Both the position numbers and the translations under genes were made by a program. The notes beneath the pieces are model-generated. The model worked only from the letters and a program-made list of their open reading frames with translations. It ran no database searches and was not told where the DNA came from. A stretch of DNA of 41,901 nt from positions 62,001 to 103,901 of the forward strand of contig JAXLNO010001219.1 of assembly GCA_038087875.1 (NCBI GenBank), read 5' to 3'. Shown here piece by piece: positions 31,201 to 41,901 of the stretch. Source of the DNA: Malacoraja senta. Lineage: Eukaryota. The stretch's first letter is position 1. Each line of letters opens with the position of its first letter.

Positions 31201-34200
31201 GATAAAGTGCTGCTGAGATTTAGCAAGTGTTTGGTTTTTAACAATTCATACAGGTGACTGAATATTTGCTCCATTCCCACAGAACCCATTTCTGCTCCTG
31301 TGCTCAGTTATCTGTCAGCAGCAAATGCCTCACGTCTTGGAGGCTCAGTGTCAGTGTCCTGTGAGTCTCTCCGTGGATCCCTTCCCATCCATTACACGTG
31401 GTTTGAGAAGAAGGAGCATCGGGTGTCAACGATCTTGAAAGGCAATCAACTGGATCTGAGTTGTGACATCCTCAGAGGTGAACACCTTCGATATTACTGC
31501 ACAGCCGCAAATAATCGTGGGACAAAACCCAGTGAAATAGTCAAGGTGAAAGTCTTCAAAGGAGCAGGAACGTGCAGTTATGTGACAGAAATGAACAATG
31601 CAGGTGAGTGTTCCTCTCGTGTCCCTGAACCTGCTGCTATTCACCTTGTGGTGATGTTCATGGATTTCTTGTTATTTGCAGACGGCATCATTGCAGCCAC
31701 CGTGAGCTCATGCTGTAAAATGCGAGAGTTTGTTTGGGGGACTGGCAAATAATTGCCCGTAGCTTCCACCATGGAGGTGTTGCGCTAATTCAGCAAAGGA
31801 GAGAAAGACATGCACTTGTCACAAAGGGTTGAGTGCACTCCATCAAATTTCTGCCTTCTGCCTTAAAAAATGCCGCTTGGCTGCCGCTTAAGGTCTCACA
31901 GTCACTTTGAGACATTGAAAGCAACCAAATGCATCCTGTTTGGATCCGCCATCATTTACAATCAAGGATGTGAGACCAAGCGGAGGCTTGGCGATCGTTT
32001 CGCCGAACACCTCCGGTCGGTCCGCAATAACCAACCTGAACTCCCGGTGGCTCAGCACTTCAACTCCCCCTCCCATTCCGTATCTGACCTCTCTGCCCTG
32101 GGTCTCCTCCATGGCCACAGCGAGCAACGCCGTAAATTGGAGGAAATGCACCTCATATTCCGCTTGGGCAGTCTACATCCTGGTGGCCTGAACGTTGAAT
32201 TCTCCCAATTCTGCTAGCCCTGGCTGTCCCCTCCCCTTCATCAGCCATCTGGTTGTCTCCTCCCCTCCCCCAGCCCTCGGGCTCCTCCTCCGCCTTTTCC
32301 TTTTTTCCTTTCTTCTCCCCACCCCCTATCAGTCTGAAGAAGGGTTTCGGCCCGAAACGTTACCTATTTCCTTCGCTCCATAGATGCTGCTGCACCCGCT
32401 GAGTTTCTCCAGCATTTTTGTGTACCTATGTACAATTTCATGATCATGTTCATGATTTTAACTGTTAATTTGTGTTAAACTCCAGTAATATCACTAAATT
32501 AAATTGTAATCTACTTGGCCGTCACTCCATCAAGTATAACCCTTACTTTTGTCAAAGAGAATTTTGAAATGAACTCCCAGTAGTCGTGGAGACGTTCAGA
32601 TTGGAAGTCCAGAATAGAGTGTGAATGGTTTACATCAGACAGACCAAGCTTATACAATGCCAGCGTTTCTTAAACTATTTCAGTGCCATTCACCCTTGAG
32701 TCTTTATTACAAGATTTAATTCACCCTCCACTAAATATTCTTATGTTTTTTTGGTTATTATCATCTTATTTTCACGTGTGCATAATTTTATATATAATTT
32801 ATTTTGTCACATGAGCAAAAAACATGAATTAACTCATTCACCCCAAAATAATTTCATTCGCCCTTGGGTAAACCATTCATCAGTTTAAGAAGCACTGGCC
32901 GAGGCTACAATTTCGCCGAACACTTGTGTTTGGTCTGTCATGACCCAGAGTCGTACTTGATAGACACCCCGTTGATGCAGAGCAGCAGCAGTTTGCACCA
33001 TCTGCACGATGCACTGCAGCAACTCACCAAGACTCCCAAGACATTACCTTCCAATTGCAACAGGCTCCGTGTTCAATGCATCATTAGTCACCATTCACAC
33101 CCACATTGGCTGGGAAGCGCTTTGGAACGATGTGCAGATGGTGAGGGACGGTGTACAGTATCTGTCTCTCATCGCAATCTAGGTGGAATTCAACAGAGTT
33201 AAGAAAATCATTGGGCGGACTCCCCTGTATATATTGATGTATACTATAATGTATATGTTTGTGAAAGACTAATTTTGCTCTTCAATCTATGAAAGAATTT
33301 CCTTCAGTTTCAGGTGCACTGTGGGCAGAGAGCGAAGTACGAGGGGTTGTGGGAAGAGCGATCTCAATCGATTGTCACTATGCAGCAGTGTACCGCTCAC
33401 ACACAAAATGCTGGTGCCCTGGGACAAGTCGCCAATGTACACATATAGTGGAAACAAATGGGAAACATGGACAGAGCGGAAGAGTGTCAATCACAGATAA
33501 CCCGGCACGAGGAATATTTACTGTGACTGTGGAGGATCTTCACTCTGGAGTTACAGGATGGTACAGATGTGGAATTATTACACCTGGCGAACCAACATTT
33601 AAAGTACATCTCCAAGTATCTGAAGGTAGGTTTCTCAGTGAGTGACTTCATGTCTCGACTTTGGCATCTGCATAAAACATTTGTTGGGTCACATATGGGA
33701 GCCTGGTGCACAGTTCTGGTCGCCGCTTTATAAAACAAAAGATGTGAAAGGTTTGGAGAGGTTACAGAAAAATGTCACCGGGATATTTAGTTGTAGTTTA
33801 CAAATGCAACATGGAAACGGATCCTTCGGCCCACCGAGTCCACACCGACTAGCGATCACCGGTCACACTAGTTCTATGTTATTCCACTTTCCCATTCGCT
33901 CCCTACACACAATTCTACAATACCGCCATTCACACACCTCATTAGTGCAACATTATCACTATCAACAATTGTATACAAGGAAATTTAAAAGTTGTTGATA
34001 ATGATACTGTTGCACTAATGAAGTGTTTGAATGTTGGTATTGTAGAATTGTGGCAGAGTTTCAGATTAAAAGAAGATTAACTGCAGATGCTGGAAATATA
34101 AAACAAAGACAGATGGTGCTGCTGTGTATTGGTGCAGTGGCAGACATGGTAGTTCTGCCAGCTGGGTGGATGGAGAGACACAGAGATGTTCAAATCTGTT

Positions 34201-37200
34201 AAATTGTGAGGAGAAGGTACAGGGAAGACTTACAAGGATGTTGCGAGGGATTGAGCAGATTAGGACTTTATTTCTTGGAGCACAAGAGGATGAGGGATGA
34301 TCTTATGGCAGGTAAAAAATAATGCGAGGAATAGATCGAGTTAATACACAGCCTTTTGCTCAGAGTAGGGGAATCGAGAACCGGAGGACATGGTTTTAAT
34401 ATGAGGGGGGAATGATTTAACAGGAACCTGGGGAGTAACGTTTTTACACAATGGTTGGTAGGCACATGAAACGAACTGCCGACAGAAGTAGTTATGGCAG
34501 GTACTATCGTAACATTTAATAAAATATTGGACATGTACATGAATATGATATGTTTAGTGGGTTAAGGGCCAAGAAAGGGCAGGTGGAACTAGTGTAGATT
34601 GGGCGTGTTGGTCAGCGAGGGCAAGTTAGACCGAAGGGCCGGTTTCTATGCTGTATGACTCTATGATTCTATGTAGATGGATGGGTCAGATTACAAAATG
34701 GCGGCTCTGGCTAAGATACATGGTGGATATTGGCGAGTGTTTGATTTTCAGATGTTCACTCAGTTGTCTGACTGTTTGCTCCTTTCCCACAGACCCCGTG
34801 TCTGTTCCTGTGCTTGGCTTTCTGTCACCAGCCAATGTCTCCTGTCTCGGGGGCTCAGTGACAGTGTCCTGTGAGTCGGTCAGTGGATCCCTTCCCATTA
34901 GCTACACATGGTATGAAAAGACCCCATCTGTGGATTCAAAGATCTCAGACCAAAATGCCCTGGATCTGCATTGTCAATCATTCAAACACCAGCACCATCA
35001 ATATTATTGCACAGCCTCCAATAATAATGGAACAAAATCCAGTGAAATGGTCAATGTGTCCATCTCCAGCAGTGACGTGCCCTGCAGTTTTCTAGTGAAA
35101 ATCAACGGCACTGGTAAGTAGTGGGGGGAATGAGGAGAAGAAGGGGAAGTGCGGGTGGGGGTTTCATCAGATTACAAGTGATAGAAGCAGAAATAGACCA
35201 TTCAATCATGGCTGATCTATCTTCCCCATTCTCCTGCTTTCTCCTCATAACGTCCGTCACCCTGAAATCCCTGCACGTTATTTAATTAATTTATCAAGAT
35301 TAATATATGGAATTATGGCTCATTTGTCAGTACTTGGTTGTTGGGCTCCAGAAATAGAATTCCTAGTGCTGGTGTAGGCTAACATCCTGTATAGAATTGT
35401 CTCTTCCATTTACACAGCTTTAAACTAGGTTTGCAGTGACATCAGTCCATGCACATTCACTTTCCCACCACATGATCCACACACAGATATGGTAAGGGAT
35501 CAGACATTATCAGTAAATGTGGCCACAGTTAAATCCTTGACGACGGTATCCCATTTACCAGCACCTCGTCCATTGCAGCAATTCAGGTACCTCCACCTTC
35601 TGGGTTTAAAAATATGTCTTGATACCCTTGAAACATCCTGCTCCTTAACTTAACCATGTGTTCTCCACATTTACACATATCTGTCGTGCAACATTTCCCA
35701 AAAATCCACTGTCTATGCAGCTCAGAGTTTTTGCACACCTGTAATTGGTTTCCCCTTCCTCACCTGGGGGAGGCGGACAGGAGCACTTGGAGAAAACCCA
35801 CACGGTCACAGGGAGGTGGTAAAAATTCCGTACATCCGTAGTCAGGATCGAACCCGGGTCTCTGGCGTTGTAAGGCAGCAACTCTACCGCTGCGCTACTG
35901 TGCCGTCGACACCTGGCGCCAGAGTTGTTACCAGCCCGCCTGCTTGTCGTAACATCTCCCATTTACTCAACTCACACTGAAGAAACATTATCCTGTCTGT
36001 TAAGCCTATCAACTACTTACATCGGAAAACCATACTCCTTTGTTCAACTGCAAGTGAAAAGCAGTGAAACTGACTTTTATTTCCTTGTTCCAACAGGTCA
36101 TGAATATTCTTGTGAAAATTCGATAACATCCAATTACTCTGCAAGGTAAACCACTTTATTTCCAATGGAAGTTACAATATAGTAATTGCTGGTGTTTTGG
36201 TTGGGAATGCTTTATTTGGGAGAAATTTGTGCCTGCCTTTCACTGGCATTAAATGCCCTGAGAGTATTGATCTGAATGCACAGTGGCACAGCCGATAGAA
36301 TCACAGCCTCATAACACCACGACCCTGGTTCATTAGGTGCTGTCTGTGCGTGGTCTGCATGTTTTGCCTTTTATTGTGTTGGTTTCATTTAAGTGCTCCA
36401 GTTTCCTCCCAGCTCCCAAAGATGTGCCAGTTGTAAATTGCCCCGTGTGTACAGGACAGCGGTTGAATCTGTGGATAGGGGATGGGGCGGGGAGGGAGGG
36501 AGGGTGTTGGACGGTAGTGCTAGTTGATGAGGAAGTGGGGAAAATAAAAATGGGATTGACAGAGGATCCGTGTGAATGTAGTTGACTGTCGGCACAGACC
36601 AGAAGGGCCAAATGGCCTGTTTCAATACTGTGTTTCTCCATGGGTCTTTGATCCAATGAAACCAAATATCGAAGCATAATCAAATTTTGTACGTCCAGCC
36701 ATGATCACATTGAATGGCGGTGCTGGCTCAAAGGGCCGAATGGCCTACCCCTGCACCTCTTGTCTATTGTCTATTGTCTATTGTTTCAAGCCTGACACCA
36801 AATATAAATGTATCTCTTAAATATTCGTTAATAATATGTATATAACTTGCAAACCAATTATTAGTTAACTCTTCAGAAGGGGAATTACACTGGGTTTACA
36901 TCTCATTGTGTTGTGTACATGCTTGGATGATAAGAACAAGTTCTTCCATTTGCTGCTTTTCAGAGAGCGCTTCCTGCAGTATTCACCATGACTTCTCCTT
37001 CACTAACCTCATCCCATGCTGTGAGATGAATATAGTTGCCAAACCCAAGTCTTGCAGTTTAGCTTGGTTGACACTTGCTCTGGTGTGGTGCTGATAGGTA
37101 AATGCATTATGAATTATGGGCTAAGACACCCCCCCTTGATATCACTTATGGCAACACCTTGCCATTGATGGGGTCACGCACCAACAATTCGCTGGCGCAG

Positions 37201-39198
37201 AATGTGAGAAAAGTCTTGAATCAGACCGAATACAGCGAACTGAGTTAACTCAATCAATCAATCAATCAATCAACCGTTATTGTCATTTTAAACATTTCAC
37301 ACATAAATAAAAACAATAAAAACACTCCAAAATAATAATAATCAATAAATAAATATATAAATAAAACAATCCAGTCCCTGATAAAAACAATACGAATAGC
37401 TAAAAAGTGCAGGTAAAAAAACAGCAACATTAAAATACAAGTAAAAACATTCATAAATAACTGACGCTCCCTTACACATTGAACCTTGAAAACATTGTTT
37501 TTTTAAATTATCCCTGAATATTCCATCATAATACAGTCATGAAAGTGGGAACACTTTGTTATTTATCTTGTTACAATTGAAATAGGTCTGGCTTTCTATC
37601 ACACTCTTGCGATAGGAAATAAGAATATTAATAAAACGCACGCCGCTATTAGCGAACCTTTAACCGATTTTTCGAACACACACCATCCACACACCTACCG
37701 CGTTAATCCAAGTAATATCGAGGGGGCGAGATTAAGCATTAACATTTTTAATTTATTTTATTACTTGGCCTCATCCGTTTCCATATTTATTGTCCCACCT
37801 CCCTTCCACCATTAGAATTGATCCCTTTTAATTAATCTATCCATATGGATTTTATTATAATCTTCCTTGCAGCTGCATTTTCTTTCTTCCAGGGTATTAC
37901 ACTGTTCTTTGTATCTTTCACACATCCACAGTGTTCCCTTTCCCGTGACTCCCAGTCTGAAGAAGGGTCTCGACCCGAAACGTCACACATGGGGTCATGC
38001 AGCAAAGATTCGGTGGCGCAGAAAGTGAGAAACCAGCCTTGAATTCAACCGAATACACCGAACTGTCTTAACTGACGCTCCCTTACACATTGAACCTTGA
38101 AACCTCTCCCGCTGTGTTTCGCCAGCATTGTGTGTCACTGAATTCACTGCTCCATCTGCTGACTTATTTCTCTGTCTTCTCCGAATCCATTTAACCGTCT
38201 AATCTCTGATACCCAGTATTGTAGATATGCTCCAGCAAAGAGGTCAGTAATTGGTGATCATAGGTTGTCCCCCCCCCCCCCAGTCCAACACCCGTTCTTT
38301 CTCCAAGATGATCTCCATTGGCTCTGCTGCTTCGCCCCGCTCCACTTCACTAAGATTATGAAGCAAATAACAGGTAAATGTTTCAAAGATAAATCGTCAC
38401 GTTTCCTCCCATTGATTCTGTATCTCTTGCCCTTTGCCCAGTTACATCTCATGGAATGTGGGGCGCTGGTTGTTCTTTCTCCTGCTTGTGCTCTGGAGTA
38501 TCTCAACCGCGGTGTTCACAAGAGGCTGTAAGGTAGGTTTTATTATCATCATGTTCATAAATTATAGGAGCAGAATTGGTCCATTCAGCCCATTATATAT
38601 AATCCGCCCCCAATCACGACTATTCTAGCCTTCGCTCCCGATCCATCCTCCTGCCTTCACCCTATAACCCTTGACATCCTTATTTATGAGGAATATGAAA
38701 ATCTCCGGCTTAAAAATATCAATTGATTTGGATAGGTACAAAAATACTGGAGTAACTCAGCGGGACAGGCAGTATCTCCGGAGTGGATTGATATGGCCTC
38801 CACAGCCTCCTATGGTAATGAAATCCATTGATTCACCACCCTCTGCCCAAAACAATCCATTCTCTTCGCCGAATGTATCCAAACGGTTTCCATTAATGCT
38901 TTCAAATATCCTGTCCATTGATATAAACAAAAGTCGTGCACGTTTTCATAACCTGAAGTTAAACCAAATCACTATGTAGATGATATCATGTGGTTTTGTC
39001 AGGTTGTACGTGTGCTGGGTGGATTTCTGTGCGCGGTGTGGATTCGTTGGGGTCCATCTTCCAGACAGCCATGTGTTGGGGGTGGTCGGGTCAAATAAAG
39101 CGTGGTTCCCACTGTCAGTGAGTCTGATGACTTCACATTGTCTTTTGCAGAGACGCGATGAATCAGAACCTCGCCACTGGACACACGAATTAGAATGA
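19228..39198 (+). CDS. Gene B (complete model, 707 aa): SP-V-V-V-C2-V-C2-linker-TM(Arg)-short tail; join(19228..19264,21574..21888,24076..24390,28912..29226,31283..31603,33314..33625,34793..35113,36097..36145,38442..38532,39151..39198)
   Basis: Ten exons with GT-AG boundaries and compatible phases sum to 2124 nt (708 codons), with no internal stop. Confidence 0.82.
19790..20090 (-). repeat. Interspersed repeat, probably a LINE 3' end (family uncertain)
   Basis: Shared with 21930-22170; internally deleted copies at about 4000-4080 and 28335-28415. Confidence 0.55.
20185..20432 (+). mobile_element. Tx1-clade LINE 3' end with 13-bp TSD
   Basis: Flanked by AAACACGGGTCCG (20172-20184 and 20433-20445); encodes GDFRDIWAPPGVEYILDKYCNIVV*; AT-rich 3'UTR and A-tail. 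Confidence 0.8.
20796..21504 (+). mobile_element. 5'-truncated L1 LINE with 15-bp TSD
   Basis: Flanked by CAAAATGTATCAATT (20781-20795 and 21505-21519); ORF2 end ILKFWKGPTAPTIKMW..WSPFIDYLKG; T-rich 3'UTR, AATAAA at 21480, A-tail. Confidence 0.88.
21574..21888 (+). CDS. Gene B Ig V-type exon (V0, N-terminal)
   Basis: Acceptor tttcag|GT, donor G|gtatgt, 315 nt, four-Cys CD300/pIgR-type V domain. Confidence 0.93.
22230..23090 (+). mobile_element. CR1 LINE, 5'-truncated, sense to gene B
   Basis: WADAWQMKFNVDKCE..RPHLDYCLQF and FRTEMRKNVFTQRVVNLWN; (TATGTATC)n tail. Confidence 0.92.
24076..24390 (+). CDS. Gene B Ig V-type exon (V1)
   Basis: Acceptor ttcag|CT, donor G|gtacgt; paralogue of 322-636 with 11 amino-acid differences. 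Confidence 0.93.
24592..26530 (-). mobile_element. CR1 LINE (orthologous to 838-2250) with a nested insert
   Basis: Same insertion site after the V1 exon; same RT motifs. Confidence 0.92.
25844..26365 (-). mobile_element. Younger CR1 3' fragment nested in the CR1, copy B only
   Basis: Starts with an ACATAGATACATAG tail; encodes GMSGLSYEERLDRLGLYSLE..GTGY*; absent from copy A at about 2090. Confidence 0.87.
26740..27785 (+). mobile_element. Penelope-like remnant (paralogue of 2470-3452)
   Basis: Same RT/GIY-YIG fragments. Confidence 0.78.
28912..29226 (+). CDS. Gene B Ig V-type exon (V2)
   Basis: Same splice sites and translation as 4579-4893. Confidence 0.93.
31283..31603 (+). CDS. Gene B Ig C2-type exon (C2a)
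   Basis: Same splice sites and translation as 6950-7270. Confidence 0.9.
31958..32428 (+). mobile_element. Penelope-like GIY-YIG 3' fragment (copy of 7625-8095)
   Basis: Identical ORF 31870-32217. Confidence 0.86.
33314..33625 (+). CDS. Gene B Ig V-type exon (V3)
   Basis: Same splice sites and translation as 8980-9291. Confidence 0.9.
34793..35113 (+). CDS. Gene B Ig C2-type exon (C2b)
   Basis: Same splice sites and translation as 10459-10779. Confidence 0.92.
36097..36145 (+). CDS. Gene B Cys linker micro-exon
   Basis: Copy of 11763-11811 with the same AG/GT sites. Confidence 0.75.
38442..38532 (+). CDS. Gene B transmembrane exon
   Basis: Copy of 14107-14197. Confidence 0.8.
39151..39198 (+). 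CDS. Gene B terminal cytoplasmic exon (RRDESEPRHWTHELE*)
   Basis: Copy of 14816-14863 with one TCG>TGG (Ser>Trp) change. Confidence 0.68.
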   Translation, partial: RRDESEPRHWTHELE

Positions 39199-39973
39199 AG
39201 ACTCCTAGCTTGCACCAACAGTGAGGGAATTCTGCACCGCGATGAAATATTTATGCATCATCCTGCTTTGTCAACTGATACCAATTGGACGAATATATGT
39301 ATCTTGCAATTCAACGAACGGTTTCATGAAAGTGACTTCAAAGCAATGTTCCAAACTTTCCAAACCATATCTGTTTCCAAAACTCATTTACCGCACTGGT
39401 CTTAATGTTTGTCACCTCTTCCAAGGTTTCTTTCATCACCTTCGAACTATTGTTTTAACCTCTGCGTGGTTTCTGCTGCTCAAAAGTCTTATACCCTGTT
39501 AAAATATATTATATGCATTCAACGTCCTGGAAAAAAATGTTTTCGCTGACAAATGAATAATTATGCATCAGGATGCTTCTTAATAAATTTTTGTTGTCAA
39601 TAAATGGTTTGTCTAATTTGTTTTGTTTAGACTGTAAATTTAGTGTTGAAGAACAGACTGAAATCAGATTGCTGGAGATTTCTCCTGTTGCCAAACGTTA
39701 AAGGCGTTAAGGAATGGCAATGATTAATCTTTCAGACCATGCTATCCCATCAGAACAAAACTCCAGATGCTGGTTTAAACTGAAGATAGACATAAATTGC
39801 TGGGGTAACTCAGAGTGACAGGCGGCATCTGTGGATATATGAGGTAAGTTTAGGCGGACTCAGCGGCGGTATTCAACGAATTGATCGCCGATCCTGCGCT
39901 TGTTCTCGCTTCTCGGCGATCGCTTCGCTGAACAGCTCCGCTCAGTCGGCCTAAACCTACCTGACATCCCGGT

Positions 39974-40313
39974 CAATAGACAATAGACAATAGACAATAG
40001 GTGCAGGAGTAGGCCATTTGGCCCTTCGAGCCAGCACCTCCATTCAATGTGATCATGGCTGATCATCCCCAATCAGTACCCCGTTCCAGCCTTCTCCCTA
40101 TATCCCCTGACTCCGCAATTTTTAAAAGCCCTATCTATCTCTCTCTTGAAAGCATCCAGAGAACCTGCCTCCACCGCCCTCTGAGGCATAGAATTCCACA
40201 GACTCACCACTCTCTGTGAGAAAAAGTGTTTCCTCGTCTCCGTTCTAAATGGCTTACTCCTTATTCTTAAACTATCGCTCCTGGTTCTGAACTCCCCGAA
40301 TATCGGGAACACG
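39974..40313 (-). mobile_element. CR1 3' fragment nested in Penelope (copy of 15639-15978)
   Basis: Identical ORF 40073-40312. Confidence 0.85.
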
Positions 40314-40965
40314 TTTCGCTAAACAGTTTAACTCCCCCTCCCATTCCCACACTGACATTTCTATCCTGGGCATCCTCCATTGTCAGAGTGAGTCCCAGCG
40401 CAAATAGGAGGAACAGCACCTGATATTTCGCTAGGGCAGCTTACACCCCAGCGGTGTGAACATTGACTTCTCTAACTTCAAGTAACCCTTGCTTTCCCTC
40501 TCAATCCAGCCCCCCAATTACCAGCTCTCCGATCAGTCTGACAGTCTCCGACTACATTTTACCTCTCATTGCTTTGTTGTTATCTTCTCCCAGCTAACAA
40601 TGATCTATTCTACATTTTCCTTGAGCTTCACCCCCTTTGTCCCGTTTTCACACCTTACAATTCCTAATCTAATTATCTCCACCTCCCTTGACTTCAGTCT
40701 GAATAAGGGTCTCGATCCGAAACGTCACCCATTCCTTTCATCCATAGATGCTACCTGTCCCAATGAGATACTCCAGCATGTTGTACAACAATATTTTTTT
40801 GATTAAATGATTGAAAGAAACAGCATGGATACTGACCATTTGGCCCACTGAGTCCACGTCAACCAGCAATCAACCCTTTCACAGTAATGTTGATAAACAT
40901 TTTATTGCTGCAACGAGTTATTCATTTTGTCCACCGTACAAAAGAGTTAATGGACTATAAATAAT

Positions 40966-41288
40966 GGCCAAGGTGGCGCAACGGTAGAGTTGCTGCCTTA
41001 CAACGCTTGCAGTGCGGGAGACCCAGGTTCGATCCCGACTACGGGAGCTGTGTGTACGGAGTTTTTACGTTCCACCGTGACCGCGTGATATTTCTCACAG
41101 ATCTTCGATTTCCTCCCACACTACAAAGACGTACAGGTATGTAGGTTAATTGGCTTGCTATAAATGTAAATTGTCCACAGTGTGTGTGGGATAGCGTTAT
41201 TGTGCGGGGATCGCTGGTCAGTGTGGACTCGGTGGGCCGAAGGGCCTGTTTCCGCGCTGTATCTCCAAACTAAACTAAACTAAACTAA
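40966..41288 (+). mobile_element. Full-length tRNA-derived SINE (copy of 16631-16953)
   Basis: Same A/B boxes and (TAAAC)n tail. Confidence 0.88.
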
Positions 41289-41901
41289 ATTAGTGGAAAG
41301 TCTATTCTTGTGCCGAACAAAATGGTTGAGTTGCAGCTTGCAAAGCCCGGGGTGTGAAACTGCAAATACATTGTGTTGCTTTCTTCAGTCTGACTTGTGA
41401 CTGTAACCCCGCCCATGAAAGAACTGTGAAGGATGTTGTTTGAATATAAGAAATGGTGACCTGCAAAAACGGAGTAACCACCATAAAGTTCCGAAAGAGT
41501 CAAGGATTGCTTTGGGTAAAATGTCCCACTTACAAAGATAAATATTATCCACACAGTAAGCAGGGAGACGAGGAAATGAGACCAGAGGCTGCTTTGAACT
41601 CATAAACCCCCATGTTAGGGATATCCGAGGAGTGCTGAATAGCCAGAGATACTTGCAGATTCTGTGTTCACATTGATGCTGCCTGGCCCCTTTCAACTCG
41701 AGCTTGTTGATGGTCTAATGGGAGGAATGAACTTGAATTGGATCTTACCCCACTGCTAGACATCCCAAAGTGCCTCATAGATAGTGAGAGGTAAACAGTC
41801 TGAGATGCGACAGATAGACACAAAATACTGGAACAACTCAGCGGGATAGGCAGCATCACAGCAGGGAAAGAACGGGTGACATTTCGGGTCGATGCCACTA
41901 T

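Larger units (their letters stand above)
23756..41901 (+). repeat. Segmental tandem duplication, copy B
   Basis: Same ORFs and repeats as 1-17566 in the same order; runs off the window end. Confidence 0.97.

Noticed and set aside
322-33625. Rearranging Ig/TCR V segments
   Set aside because: Each V exon ends in a splice donor, not an RSS. The scattered CACAGTG heptamers I checked have no spaced nonamer and are not next to V exons.
19228-39198. Calling the gene PIGR, CD300 or FCRL
   Set aside because: Domain motifs are family-level only; orthology needs phylogeny and synteny, so no symbol is given.
1-41901. CRISPR array, operons or other prokaryotic systems; the ORF-track start codons
   Set aside because: This is spliced vertebrate DNA. 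Most listed ORFs are repeat-derived or antisense noise, and GTG/TTG starts on Ig ORFs are internal to exons or intronic.

Overview
Vertebrate genomic DNA, most likely a cartilaginous fish such as a skate or ray (inferred from the CR1/Penelope/tRNA-SINE repeat content). It holds two tandem, same-strand copies (period about 24.33 kb) of a spliced Ig-superfamily receptor gene. I assembled the exons by eye from splice signals and reading phase. Gene B appears complete (19228-39198, 10 coding exons, 2124 nt, 707 aa): signal peptide, V, V, V, C2, V, C2, Cys micro-exon, TM with Arg, and a short tail with no tyrosine. The V domains are CD300/pIgR/TREM-type (extra C-x6-C pair) and the C2 domains resemble FCRL/PECAM domains, so this looks like a hybrid activating receptor, possibly related to the skate MDIR family. 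Gene A (322-14863) lacks its 5' end in this window. The copies are about 95% identical over the second V exon, then switch near 4380/28713 to near-identity. Introns are full of LINE, Penelope and SINE fragments, several with clear target-site duplications. There is no expression evidence here: all splicing is inferred, and family names come from motif recognition, not database searches. Repeat boundaries are approximate.
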